A stretch of DNA of 64,000 nucleotides from Podarcis pityusensis. Lineage: Eukaryota. This document shows, piece after piece, positions 40,016-53,334 of this stretch. The stretch lies in the NCBI GenBank assembly GCA_964106645.2, contig OZ067047.1. One strand, written 5' to 3'. Below the pieces are notes generated by a model. It saw nothing but the letters and a program-made list of their open reading frames with translations. It ran no database searches and was not told the origin of the DNA. A program made the translations under genes and the position numbers. Position 1 is the stretch's first letter, and each line of letters starts with the position of its first letter.

Positions 40016-40380
40016 GGAGTTGTAGTGCAAAGCAGCTGAAGGGCACGAGGTTGGCGAAGGCTGGTCTTCAGTTACCCGAGTCAACAGTGGTTCAGCTTTA
40101 CCATTTCACTGGATGGGAGAACTTTAGCAGATGCGGCTCCCATCACCAAGCCTAAGGAACTCCATGTCTGACGTATTAAAATAAGGGGCTCAAATTTCAT
40201 CCATCCTTCCTTCTAGCTCAAGAGGGGAAAGAACTGATGGGGAAATGAGAGGGCAAATGAACTCTGTACATGGCCTGGGACTCGAACCCTCCACCCAAAG
40301 CAGCTCAGCAGCTAAGCCAACAGAAGCACTCTACCATTTAGTGACGGTAGAGAACCAAAGCATGGAAGTAAGCAAAATAG

Positions 40381-40833
40381 TCCGTATAGTTAAAGCTATG
40401 GCTTTCCCAGTAGTGATGTATGGAAGTGAGAGCTGGACCATAAAGAAGGCTGATCGCTGAAGAATTGATGCTTTTGAATTATGGTGCTGGAGGAGACTCT
40501 TGAGAGTCCCATGGACAGCAAGAAGATCAAACCTATCCATTCTCACGGAAACCATCCCTGAGTGCTCACTGGAAGGGCAGATCGTGAAGCTGAGGCTCCA
40601 ATATTTTGGCCACCTCATGAGAAGAGAAGACTCCCTGGAAAAGACCCTGATGTTGGGAAAGACAGACAGAAGGGGACGACAGAGGACGAGATGGTTGGAT
40701 AGTGTTCTCGAAGCTACCAGCATGAGTTTGACCAAACTGCGGGAGGCAGTGGAAGACAGGAGTGCCTGGCGTGCTGTGGTCCAGGGGGTCACGAAGGGTC
40801 GGACACGACTAAATGGCTAAACAACAACAACAA
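40381..40833 (+). mobile_element. RTE-BovB 3' fragment in CENPM intron 1
   Basis: Highly similar to 12875-13333, with a (CAA)n tail. TSD AAGCAAAATAG at 40370-40380 and 40834-40844. Confidence 0.95.
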
Positions 40834-40849
40834 AAGCAAAATAGAAAAC

Positions 40850-41460
40850 CAACGGGAAAGCAGCAAGGGAACCAATGAGAAGCCGGAAGGCGGGCTAAAA
40901 AAACCTTAAGGCGTCGTATTGCTTGGGAGCTCACTTTTCTAAGTCAGAACAACCAGGACCCCGGCCAAAAGCAAGCGGGGAAATAACGAAAAGAAACTGC
41001 CCGTTTGCGCTCCCGGTTGCCGCCCTCCCCCCCCCCGTCTCATAAATACGCACCAAAACAGTGGCAGAGTTGATTGCTGGGAGCTTGGCGAAGGCAGCCA
41101 ACGCCGCCATAATCACCAATTACAGCAACGCGACCTCAGGTTTCAAACTGCCGCCAGTACCTACGTCACCAAAGCGTCTTTATACGCGTCGCTGCTATAA
41201 AAGGAGGTCGGGGGTGTGGCCTCAATAGTAGATGCATTGCGGAGTCCGGTCTTCTCTGCGCATGCGGAGTTTTGGCTCTTCCCCTGCTGGAGGGAAGAGG
41301 GCGCACGCGCGGGCAGCAAGCGTTTTCTTTTCTGGTGTCTTATGTAGGGCACTTTGCGGGGGTGGCCGTTGGCACCTGCGCGCGCTGTGTGACGTCATTG
41401 CTCGTGAGAGGCTCGTGAGGGAGGGGGCGGGGTGTGAGGCTATAAAGAGAGAGTCTTGCC
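40850..41460. promoter_or_regulatory. CpG-rich bidirectional promoter (CENPM minus / SMIM45-direction plus)
   Basis: Dense non-TE CpG cluster. Motifs: CHR TTTGAA (minus, 41142-41147) preceded by TGGCGG; TATAAAG (minus, 41178-41184); TATAAAA (plus, 41196-41202); NRF1 TGCGCATGCG (41257-41266); CRE TGACGTCA (41390-41397); GC box about 41424-41432; second plus-strand TATAAAG at 41441. Confidence 0.85.
41054..41110 (-). CDS. CENPM: CENPM coding exon 1 (MAALAAFAKLPAINSATVL)
   Basis: ATG at 41110-41108 in a CpG-rich region. 19 codons resemble the N-terminus of human CENP-M as I recall it (MSVLRPLDKLPGLNTATIL). Donor TTG|GTGCGT, phase 0. Confidence 0.93.
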
Positions 41461-44400
41461 TTGGGGTGTTAGTGAAAGAGGCTTCCTAGCAGCGCTCATT
41501 CTAAATAAAATAATAAGCTGGAGGCAAATTTGTAGAAACGTAGCCTCTGGAACGACACTGTTTTTATTTTGTGTGGAGTGGTTCTGCAGCAGTGCTAGGT
41601 TTATTATAACCTTTCATGTAAACCTTATAGATGCCTAGGGAATGAACGCTATTGTTTGTTTTAATGATATATCTACCGGTATTTAATTTTTTTTGTCTTC
41701 TCAGGGGAGAAGTTCAGGGGTTTGTTTGCACCCATCTAGGAAAATTGATTTAATTGAGCAATTTCTTTCCTCTCCCTCTTCTGCTGCCTGGTAACTGGCT
41801 AAAAATAGAGATAAAGCACATGTTCCAAATTTCTTTGCTCAGACATTGTATTAAGCCAGTATTTTCCAACCTGCAGGTTGCAAAGCCTGTGCAAAAGGGT
41901 AGCAGGCTTTATAAGTAAACCCAAAGTAATTACTGCTTTCACTCCTTAACTGGTATGATGATCACTCTTAAAACTGTGTTGTTGGCGTATTGTGATGCTG
42001 TACTGACTCATGTAAGCAAACACTAAAGTGTAGGACTTGAGCATTTCCAACATTCACTAACATGTGTCAGGACAGCATTGAAATACAGCTGGGAACTGGT
42101 GGTTGGCTGCAGACGAAATGATGGTTTGCCACAACAGGCTCATACAGGGTGTTTTGAGTGACTAGTACGGCTCTTTCTGTGGAGGAGAGTGGCTTTTGTC
42201 TCTTTCAAGCATGTCTTGGTTGACAACTTCTGGGATCTGGGGAGTTCCCACAACACACACACACTTTGTGCATTTGGATATAGGGGGATCCCAGGGCCAC
42301 AGTGAGGGGTGCATAGGAGGAACTGCAAGGCAGGAAAGTGCGGAGATGCCCAGATTCCCAACCAGTTACTGGTTGGACAGAGAAAGGAAGAGTTTATATA
42401 AATAATAATATGGAAGATCATGGGTGATGAGCAGACAAGACCTTTATCCCATAAGTGGTGGCTTATGCCACTAATTCATATTGGAACCCCCACAACACCC
42501 ACATTCTTCAGATAGAGCTATCTAGGTCATTCACCACAATATATGAACCAAGGAAGAGCCTTGCTGAATCAGGCCAGTGGCTCATTTAGTCCAGCATCTT
42601 GTTCATATAGTTGCCAAGCAGATGACCGAATGGGAAGTCTGCAAGCAGGACCTGAGAGCAAGAGGTTTCTACATATATTTACTGTATGTTGAACAATTTA
42701 TATACCGCTTTTAATTAGACAAACCTCCTTAGCTATTTCCTTCTCCATACATTTGGACTTGTGGGTTGCCACACCAAAAAAGTTGGAAACTTCCGTTATT
42801 AAGCCACTTGTGTTGCTGAGATGTTGCCTGCTGAAATATGTGGCCGCACTGTGGTTGGACATGAACACTTAACAGTGGCCAATAAGCCCACCTACCATAG
42901 AAAAGATATCTAGGTCTCTGATTTAGGTTCTCATGTTCAAACCCTGACAGAATTATGCTAAATGACCTACAAAGAAGCAAAAATTAATAGTTTTAAGTTT
43001 AAGACTTGTGTGTATGTAACTCATGCCATCTCTCCAATAGTCCTGTTCGCTTATATTTAAAATTTAGAATCTGTTATATAGTATTGCTGTGTTCACAATG
43101 GCTTGCTTTTTGTAATCAGTTTTGAAAATGAAAAATGGAAAGATCAAACCTTTCTCCATATTTCCTATGTCTAAGGAGTTTTTTTTATTACTAATATTTA
43201 TGGAGCAGCAGAACTTTGTAAGCAGATGCTGATAGATAAATGAGCAACTAAACAGGAAAAATACTGACTTCAAGATCAATCAACCTTTTGTGGCTACAAG
43301 GACAAACCAATCTAATTTGTTTGCTGTTTCCTTTCATAGTACAACTCAATTTAGCAACATTTTATACTTGGATAACATGTTTCCAACTTGTTCTTGTGCT
43401 TGAGGACTTTTTTGTTGTTAATAATAGTCTATTTTACTGTGGAGGGAAGATGATGTAATGGTCTAATACAAAATATGAACAGCATCGTGGGCAGTAACTG
43501 GTTTTGACCACATCCTGTGTGCTTTTCTTTTTTGAAATACCATAAAGCACAGACCATGCAAAGGCTGTGTGTGTTAATGCAATCTGACATCATTTTTTAA
43601 AATCCTAACAAAGGTTGACAGTTCAGCACATTGCCAATGCTAGACAAATTGCAAGTGAAGTGGAAGAACTCTAGAAATATTTTTGTTCTTCATCAGATTC
43701 AGTTAGGGTTCATTGAGAATTATTCTGAAATAGGCTCATTGTAAAGGTATGAGAACAAAAAATAAATAGAACATTAAATCACCAGAAACTGCTGCTGGGA
43801 ATTTTAATTTTTAAAAAAGTGCAATGCTACATTTTGGAGATAAAAGAAATTGGGGGATGTCTTCTTTTATCTCCCATTTGTCACTTCTCTATTTATATAA
43901 AGCAGTTAGAGCTATTGCCTGAATTGATGCTATTGTGAAATCTAGGTCACAGCTTCTAACTAGTCTGAATGCATTTCCCAGTGCTACATATTGATCTTCT
44001 TCCACAATTTGATAATCATTTAAGGAATTTCAGGCAGACATCACAAGGCACTTTACAAAAGATCATTACAACAATAGCTTTGATTTTAAAAATGTTGCAA
44101 CAAAATGGAGAGGATACCCGCTTCTTTAGAAGAAGCTATAACTACTTCTCTCTTCAGGGCAAGATGTTCTGCAGAAACCCCTGTGGTGACAATTGGACTA
44201 GCAGTATGTTTGGTAACGTCCAGAAAAAAGCATCACTGGTATTAGTACCCTACAAGGTGGGATCTCTTATTGAGGCCCAAAGGCTGATAAGGGCTCACCA
44301 AACTGGAAAAAACCCTATCATCCCCATTTCACATGGGGCATCCAATAAGATTTCCCCCAGTTTCCCAACCCAGAGCTCATGCTCATACAACACTGCTACA

Positions 44401-47400
44401 TTACAACACTCCTGACTTTAGTAAGGGAGGAAAAGATAGAAATTCCCTGCATTCTCCAATCCCTTTTCTTGCCAGCATTCTCCATGCCCAACTACATCTT
44501 CACTGCTGATTTCCTGTCCTCCATACTCACTTCTCACTCTGTAATGTGGATCATGCCCATAATTTTCTGCCAGGATTATTGCCCTGATTTGTTTGCACTA
44601 GCTTCGGTTAAAAATATATACTTATACATAACTAGTTGTGTCAAAATATACACAAGGATGGTCAATAGAATGAATATCAGAATCCATCCCATTGAAAGCA
44701 ATGTAGCACCAGATGCAGATCTAATGTGCATTAGTTTATGGGGTGTGGTTCCTGTTCAAGTAAGTGATGCACATGCAGAAACCTGTTTACAGGTGTTTGG
44801 AAAAGCATGGAGTCAAAAGTGGCAACTTTAAGTGTTGCTGGGGTGGGCATAATATGTGTCTCTGTTGATGCTCACACATCACTATACTGTATTTGCAAAC
44901 ATTTATCCAATTTAAAACTGACTTCCTCAGCTTAGAGCATCTATCTCTCTCCCAATTCTGCTTGCTTATTCTCTGTACCACGTGCACTGGAGATCTTTCT
45001 AGGCTTGTTGCTATGACAACAGCTGATAGTCTGGCTGTGGTGTTTTGATTGGTTGGGGAAGGTCTTGCCTCTTTTGTGAGGGTGAAAGGGAGGGGGCCAC
45101 CAAAATGGGAGCAAGATGGAAAGAATCCAAAGCCGATCCATTTATGCGAGCAATGGGGGGGGGGGGAGAGCGGGGAAGCAGTCCTCGGCAGCTTCAGATG
45201 ATGAGGCAGTGAGCTTGACTGTGTGTCATTTACAATTGCATACGTGAGCATGCGTACATGCAGGGCAAGCAGCACTTCATTTCTGTCCATGCTATTGACT
45301 GCTCTGACACTTTGACGTGCTTGGACTGCATTCCATTGGAGAAGCACTTTGTCCCTTCCTCTGACCCATACAGCAGAGAGCAGCATCAGATGAGCAGAAT
45401 GCTACTGTTCTGTTCTGGGTAACAACAGATCACAGAGCAGTAGTCTGAATGAAGCATGTATGTGGATCGAGGTAGGTGATGCACCGTGCCCGGTATTGTA
45501 CATGCATGACTTCTTGTGTTGAGGGATCTCCTTTGAATTATGTCTATATGTAATACATCTTCGTTTATTTGGGCACTGTGAAGAAAAACAGAGCTATGGA
45601 AATTGAGGTATGGAAGGGAGCACATGGGTCATTTGTTCTGACCAAGCCCATAGAAGAAAATCCTTTCCTAAAGAAGAGAAGAAGCTAGACTTTTCTTTAA
45701 AACCTTCAGTGATGGAGAGGCATGACATGTTCTGTGATAGAGACTGGATGAGAGGAGGATATAGATGCGTACCATGGGACTTAAATGTATTTATTTTATC
45801 TAGAAAAAAGTATAGACCACTTAATCATAAAGCTCTATAAGTGGTGTAATTAAGAATAATATAAAAAACCCACCATGCATAAGTATGAGTCTGAATAGTG
45901 TTCTACAAGGCTGACCTAATGATGATTTTATATAAAGTCTACAACAACAATCTTAGGCTGTGCTGTCCTTATTCTTTTGCAGAAGTGCAGTGATTTTAGG
46001 CAGGTGAAGTTTTACTTTCAGTTCCTCATACCATTTTAACAACATTTAATTTCATAAACTAGCATAAAATAAACAGAATCTCAAAACAGACATATGCAGA
46101 CTCCAGATATCACATATGAAAAAAATGGGGAGATGCAAGAGACTGAATGGAGAAGATAAATAAGGTTTGTGGATTTTTAAAGGAATTTGAATAACCCTAT
46201 TTGGGGTCAATATAGTCCCAGTTCAACTGGGTATTGCTGATTTTTAATCTATGTGGCTGCAGTCTAATTGCACTAAGGAATAAGTCCCAATTATGTCTCT
46301 GAGACTTCTGAGCAAAAGTGATTAGGCTTGTGGCAGTAAAGGAGAAGGATAAAAAAGGTGGATAGGATCTTTGCCTATCAAAGTTAATGCAACATTTACG
46401 AGCATCTGAGGATTCACTGGATATTTATTTATTAAAATTACTCATCATATGACTGGCTATTATATTCCACTCTGGTATGAGGTGTCAATGGCACCTGTTT
46501 CTTCCCTTTGCTTGAATCTCTCTCAGTAGATGCACTTTAAGGATGTCTTTTAAGGATTGTGAGACTCACCATATGAAACCAAGGCCTATCCTTGCTAGTT
46601 TGGTTGAGTTGGCATGGGTTGGGTTAATTTCTAGTTGAGGCTGACATATTTTTGTCTGGAAACTGGTAGGGAAAAGAGCTCCTACATTTTTCTTTTTGAC
46701 CTGTTAAGAGTTGTTTGATGTGGTAGACCTTTGGATCCTACTAGATAGTTTCAGCAGCTATGGGAAAGCTGTGGGTTGGTTCTGTTCTTTACTTTTTGTG
46801 CCTAGCTGTAGAGTAAATTTAGGGGATATCTGTTCCACACCATGGAAACTGATCCGTGTTCCACCAGAACTGTTTAACATTTGTGAAACCACTGGGATTA
46901 GATTGTCCAACGACTACAAATGTGGCACCATTGTCATTAAGCTGAAGTTTCCCAGATCTATGTTGTTTAAGCATGCAAGAACAACTAACATTAGCAGCTG
47001 CATCTGGTACCCTGGCTTTGTCACTTCTCAATAATAGGAAGCCTGCCATTTGTCATTTATACGTTTGTGACCTCTGTCGTTTCATTTCTGTGTGCCCTTT
47101 TTGAAGACTCCTTCCTTGGACTATATTACTCATTTTTGCTGTAGTAAGAAGGGGTAGGGAAAACAAGTTCTAGTCATGTGGCATCTCTTCCCTTCTCACC
47201 TCTGCTCATTCAAGATGCATCAGCAAAAGTAACCCACAAGTTGCTTGCTGCCATCTGCTTTATGGAGTACACAGTTTTATATAACTTTATATATTTTTTA
47301 AATATCTGCCAGTGTTTTGCCTAATGGATTTGGCCTCTGTACAATTATGGCAATACGTTGTCAGAATATGTGAAACGGCACTTTTGTGCCTGGTTTAAAT

Positions 47401-47505
47401 TTAAAAATCTGCTGCCATGATCAGCTCTAAATGAAATTGGGGCATTACTTCTGAAGTCTAAATGAGAGATAGAAGTGTCCTCCCAAATGAGAATATGCTT
47501 GTAAC

Positions 47506-47684
47506 CAGAGGCGTAGGAAGGGGGGGTGCAGACCGCCCCGGGTGTCACCGCTGAGGGGGGTGACATTTGGCGCTTTGCTCACCTGCCACTCCCAAGCCTA
47601 CCCCAAGCTGTCAATGGTGGGGGCGGGGGCAGTTTGACAAAAAAAAAATTGCACCGGGTACCACCTGACCTTGCTACACCTCTG
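47506..47684. mobile_element. hAT MITE
   Basis: CAGAGGCGTAG...CTACACCTCTG. Perfect 8-bp TSD CTTGTAAC. Confidence 0.85.
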
Positions 47685-48161
47685 CTTGTAACTTCCTAGT
47701 TCTTATACCAAGGATCATTGCTCATGCTGCACCCCAAATTGCTGGGTGCTCTTTTTGCATACTGCATATTCATGTAATGATGAGCTGAAAGTTATCCTGT
47801 GAAGTTATCCAGAAAGATTTGCCCCTAAAAGTCATTGAAATGTCTTCACATGCATTGGCCGATACACCCTTGAGACCCCAGGGAGAGCTGTACTTTGAAG
47901 AGCAACTCCTAATAACTCTAGCAGCTTATATTAACCAAATCCTGAAGTTCCAAAATAGAGTCAAAATAGGGACAGTGGATTGCGGATACCAGAAAATAGG
48001 GACTATCTCTGGCAAAAAGGGACAGTTGGAATGTATGTGTAGCTCTGAAATGCTCCCATTGAGTTCTGTGGGACTAAATAAATGGACTGCAAGTATCTGA
48101 AATGTAGTTGAGAAGGTGCAACATTTCCTCCTTTCTGGGATCGTGTTCTATTTGCCTCTCC

Positions 48162-48417
48162 AGAAGAAGAAGAAGAGGAGTTTGGATTTGATATCCCGCC
48201 TTTCACTCCCTTTAAGGAGTCTCAAAGTGGCTAACATTCTCCTTTCCCTTCCTCCCCCACAACAAACACTCTGTGAGGTGAGTGGGGCTGAGAGACTTCA
48301 AATAAGTGTGACTAGCCCAAGGTCACCCAGCAGCTGCATGTGGAAGAACGGAGACGCAAACCCAGTTCCCCAGATTATGAGACTACTGCTCTTAACCACT
48401 ACACCACACTGGCTCTC
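48162..48417 (-). mobile_element. tRNA-derived CORE-type SINE (Squam3-like)
   Basis: Reverse-complement copy of the 33550-33800 element. Confidence 0.8.
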
Positions 48418-50407
48418 AGTCATGACCCTGAGCTCAAGCTTCGAATTCCTACCTTAATGGGAGCAGTGTTGCAGTACATCATCCCTGATGCAAAGTAGCT
48501 TAGCCTTCCACACCAAGGATCCCACAAGGAGAAGGACAGTAAAGCAGAATGCTTTTGATGCTTCTCCACATATCAGACATCATATCTGAGAAGGGGAGAC
48601 ACTGTAGAGCAGTGCCTCCCCACCCCTCTGCTGCAACTTCTGCTTGGGAGGGCAGAGAAGGATCCTTGGAGCATCTTCTGTTTTAGAGGTCAGGACCAGA
48701 TTTGGAAGTATAGGTCTGGTCTCATTCTTGACTCTCTGATGCTGCTGTGGTGGCTGGGGAGTGGCTGAATGGGGTTGAATAGGAAAGAGAGAGCAGTGGT
48801 GGAAAGTACTGAGATGCTCCTTCCTTCATCCATCAAATTTGAAGCATTGTTGGTTAGTTATTGTTTTGTCTAGCAGCATCATATTGGTTCACGGAGTAAC
48901 CAAAAAGCAGGGGAAGAGGATTCATACAGTTTGCATTTGGACAGTTAGAAAAACAAAAAAGGGAGGAACAGAAAGATGCAAGGACAACACAGAGACGGGG
49001 GAGAGGACAAGGAATGATTGTGAGGAAGTGCAGTTGTATATATTTTAAACATTTTGTTTCAGCTAGGGATAAAGACGGAGTGGTTAAGATAATAAAGAAC
49101 CAAATTATGTGAGATAAAATGGGAAGGAATCAGTGGATTCACAAAATATGTCATTGCTATAGTCAATATTAGAAGCAAAGAACGATTGAATAATGAATAA
49201 AGGCCACTTGCAGACAGAGGATTTTTGAGTGCCATACAGGACTGTGTGTCTTCTCATGCAGATCACTGCAAGTCCACATGACAGGCTGGGATCTAACAGG
49301 GCCAGCAGTGGCTGCAAGGTTGAAAATAATGACTGTAGCAACTATCCCACCCTACTTGGTACATCTTCTGTACTTCAGGTTCAGCAGTTTAGTGCTAACT
49401 TGTCAGTGGTGGCAGAAGCTGCCAACTGGATGCAGCCTGAGTGGAAAAAGGAAAGAAGCTGAAAAAAGCAGGAAATGGAGCTCATCTATATTGAATGGCT
49501 AGCTGGTCTAAGAAGTGGAAAAGTAGTGGAATATAGAGTTGAGGAAAATGTGTTATCAGTTGAGGTATGGCTGGGATAAAAGGGGGAGTGAAGTCAGCAG
49601 TCTGGGACCAGTTAGTACCATTTGAAGGTGCCTTTGCCATCCAATCAACAACATAAGACTTGTTATCTAGCATCCCTGCTGTGTGCAAAATGATGTGTGG
49701 GAACATGTGGCAAGGCTTTGTTGTAGGGGCTAGTTTTAGCTCTCAGTAGGGATCAGCTTCAGGTTATTGGTAGCTGCTGCATTGAGCAAACAAGACTGAG
49801 TTCTGGATGAGGCAGATCAGGATCAAAGGGGCCAGAGTTTCCAGAGGAAGTCAGGGTTAGGTTGTAGGTTGAGTGGCAAAGGCACCTGGACTATGCACTG
49901 CTACTCATGGCAACACATAGATGAGAGTTAAGGAGCAAGGAGAAAGCAGGAGTTGGCCTGTGGGATCAGCTGACAACTCAGGTAGGCCAGTACTTCAACC
50001 TTGAGGTAAAGCCCAATCTGCCAGGTTTACAGAGGAGACAGAACACAATGGAGCAGAAGGCTAGGTTCTAGATCCTGACACTAAATTCCTAAAGATACCA
50101 ACTTGACTACTTCATAGCTTGACAAGCACCAAATATTTTACTTTGTAAACAGACATTTGGACTGGAGTACTGTAATAGAAGTTTTATTAATTGATTGCAC
50201 CCTTGTTGTTGTCGCCACCTATATGTTGTTTTATACTATATTGTTTGCGTTTTTATTATTAGGTTATCATTGTTTCTATCTGGATGTTAGCTGCCTTGGA
50301 TAAAATATTTTAATTTAAAAAATCCAAATACTGCCAAAAGATAAAGGAAATATGTGCATATTGGCTTGCTTTATTATGATTTGTTATTCCTCAATTTTCT
50401 CTCTCAG

Positions 50408-50475
50408 GGGTATAGCAACTTTACAAAGCACTTCTTAACAAGCAATCTGAGAGAGGAAAAAATCAGTTGCTCAAG
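50408..50475 (+). other. Probable non-coding 5' UTR exon of SMIM45
   Basis: Acceptor aattttctctctcag| and consensus donor AAG|GTAAGC. 68 nt long, 644 nt upstream of the coding-exon acceptor. Confidence 0.55.
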
Positions 50476-51124
50476 GTAAGCTATTGTGTGGATTTAGTAG
50501 ACTTGCATTATTCTTTGGAATCATAGTATAATTATACTGCATTAAAAGAGACAATATATTAAGTGAGGCATGGATTAAAGGAGAAAGTGGGGTATCAAAA
50601 GTTGCAATCAGCCTAGTGGGATAGTTGGGGCTAGAGAGCACATTAGGAATTTTGAGACAGTAAGTACAATGGGTACCAGTCACATAAGAGCTGCTGTGGG
50701 ACCATAGCATAATACAAAATGGCTGCCACATCCAAAAGAGAGAGAGAAAAGACAGGATCATAAAATTGTGTGGGCATGTTCCTTACCACCCTCCCATCCA
50801 TGGAAGAAAGGCACCTTACATCAGCCACTGCTGCACTTGCTCACAGAGCGCACCTCTCCAATGTGGGCATGTCTAAGGGTTCATGTTCACTGTAAGAAAG
50901 GCTGAACCAATGCAAACAGGAACTGAACAAGGAGGGCAAACCTTCTCATGTATTGTGGATTTTTGAGGAAATATTTACTGAGACCTGTGGGTTCATAGGA
51001 AATACGCTGGCACTCATGGCTACTGCGCTAGTGTCTATATAAATATATATATGTTTGACAGTGATTTTGATACTCATCAACCAATACCAACTGCATATGT
51101 TTACCTTTTCTTTTTCTAGCAATC

Positions 51125-51331
51125 ATGCCTCATTTCTTGGATTGGTTTGTGCCAATGTATCTGATGATCTCCATTCTTATCTTGGTGGGCTTTGGAGCTT
51201 GCATATACTACTTTGAGCCAGGACTTCAGGAAGCGCACAAGTGGCGGACACAAAGGCCAATCATGGAACGAGACCTTCGGAAAACACTGATGATACGAGA
51301 CAACCTTGCATTTGGGGTGCCTGAAGTCTAG
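51125..51331 (+). CDS. SMIM45: Small integral membrane protein 45, 68-aa single-TM microprotein
   Basis: MPHFLDWFVPMYLMISILILVGFGACIYYFEPGLQEAHKWRTQRPIMERDLRKTLMIRDNLAFGVPEV has the same length as, and is near-identical to, human SMIM45 as I recall it. Hydrophobic segment about aa 7-30. Strong acceptor ttttctttttctag| at 51119, 5 nt before the ATG. Syntenic with CENPM. Confidence 0.93.
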   Translation: MPHFLDWFVPMYLMISILILVGFGACIYYFEPGLQEAHKWRTQRPIMERDLRKTLMIRDNLAFGVPEV

Positions 51332-53334
51332 TATTCTTCTTGCATAGATGTGTTGGAAGTATCTAGAAGAAAGCCATCCCCACCTGAAGTTACAAATTAC
51401 TGTGCACACTCTGGTTTGCTTAGCACTTCTGCAAGTGATGTGGTCAAACCACTCCTTGCTTGGGTCTCTGATAATGAAGTGTTCCTTTTTGCTATTTAGA
51501 CAAGGCCTGTAGACTCATATCAACTTAGACCCTCTGGTTTTTGAATTTGTTCATCACTCCATCACTTGATATTTTTTATCCTCCATATATAAAGAGCTCT
51601 TTTTACCTTGCTAGGAGTGGTCACACCTGTACGTGAGCTTTAGACCTCTTAAGTATAAGAAAGCAATATTTCTGCATGACCTGTGTATTTTGGTCGAGTG
51701 CCTCCTGGACAAGTGCCCATCTCACAAACCTCACAACAGACACCATTTCATTACTTTATTTAGAGTCTCTTGGGTGAGGCAAAACCCCCAAATTGATTGC
51801 TCAGACTGAATTCTATTCTCATTCCCAACACTGAGCTCAGATATGCAGTAGGACACATTACTAGCCAAGTTGTATATATTTTGATTTCAGATCATTTCAC
51901 TGCACACAAGCGCCTGTCTGGCTCTGAAGTCACTCACTCAAATTTCACTTTTAAAAGTCTGTGCAGATTAATTACCGTTAAAGAATTGCTTTTATTTCTC
52001 CATGATTGGGGAATTTGTTTCTAGATGTTGGATTGCCTGCACTTCTCTATACTTAGAGGATCCAGACTGCTGTCATGCGAAAAGCTTGTATTTCACAATC
52101 CTCTGCTGCTGCAATCTTTTAAAGTGGTCTGATCAGGAGTCCCCTGTTTAGCACTGTTCTTTCTAGATTGTCAGCCAGACTGAAAACTGTGAAACACCAT
52201 CACACAACCTACCTTTCTGCATCCACACCAAAAGCCATGGAGCCAGAGGCAGTCACACTGCAGTTCTAATTTCTATACGTTGCTTCTGGAGCTCCGTTGT
52301 GTGGGGTTATGCAGTAGATATGCTCTCTATCCACACAGTGTTTGCACTTTGATCCACATTTCCTTTAGGGATATGTTACCAAAGTGCTGTATAAAAACAT
52401 TAATGCATGTGAAAATGGGCAGGAACCTCTGCTAATCCAACAGTGTGCAGATTTCATACTGATAATATTGGCAGAATATAGGACCTATGACATGATGGGT
52501 ATTCTCATAGCTGGTTTTACTGTACCTATATTATCTCTCACCTTTGTTTCAGGGCATCAGTTCTGACTGTAGAGTATGTTTCATTCCCTTGTTGGCAGAG
52601 TATGTCATGCTGTGTTAACACATCTGTTCCACTGTGAAGTACTAGTCTTGTGGACATCAGTTTCACCAGTATACATTTCATGTTAGGGACAGGTGCCTTT
52701 GCTTCTCTACCGTACTCATGTGTGTACATTCCATGTTAAGGTAGCACATACTGTTAATATCTACTTCATCCCCCAGTTACAGAGACATGTCTATACGTTG
52801 GATGCCTCATTGGAATGCATTCACTCCCACACCATAGTTTCGTAGAACATAGTTCTTCTCTACATTCCATACTTTCCTCGCCTGTCAAGTGCTGCCTTCT
52901 CATACACTTGGATACATTCTGTTGTTTCCGTGATCTCATTCAGTGCCATAGTCCCTGACAACTGCACAGTACAGCAGGAACTTGGAATCTTGCTGGAAAG
53001 ATGCTCACTCCTTCATTGGATTTCCTCCCCAGTCTGCTCACAATGAAACCACACAGCCAGCCGGAGATCGCTATCACTTGAAAATGTGTGGCATGCTTTG
53101 TCAGCAGCTGCTGAATTTGAGCATAGCCCATTGCATAAGGTGGTATGTGATTTATTGTGTGTGGCTGCCTGAGGACACTTCTAGTGTGAGGGTAGTTTCT
53201 AGCACAAGGTGGGGGTAAGTGTTTTGGTACAGCTGTGTGGAGCTATCTCAAAGCAGGTGTAAAAATCACACTAGGTCTCATTATATGCATCACAAATGTC
53301 CACAGAACTTGTGTTGCTTCAAATATACAGAACA

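Noticed and set aside
43969-45386. Long ORFs of 148, 150 and 199 aa
   Set aside because: No recognisable domain, composition typical of random intronic frames, and no consistent exon structure.
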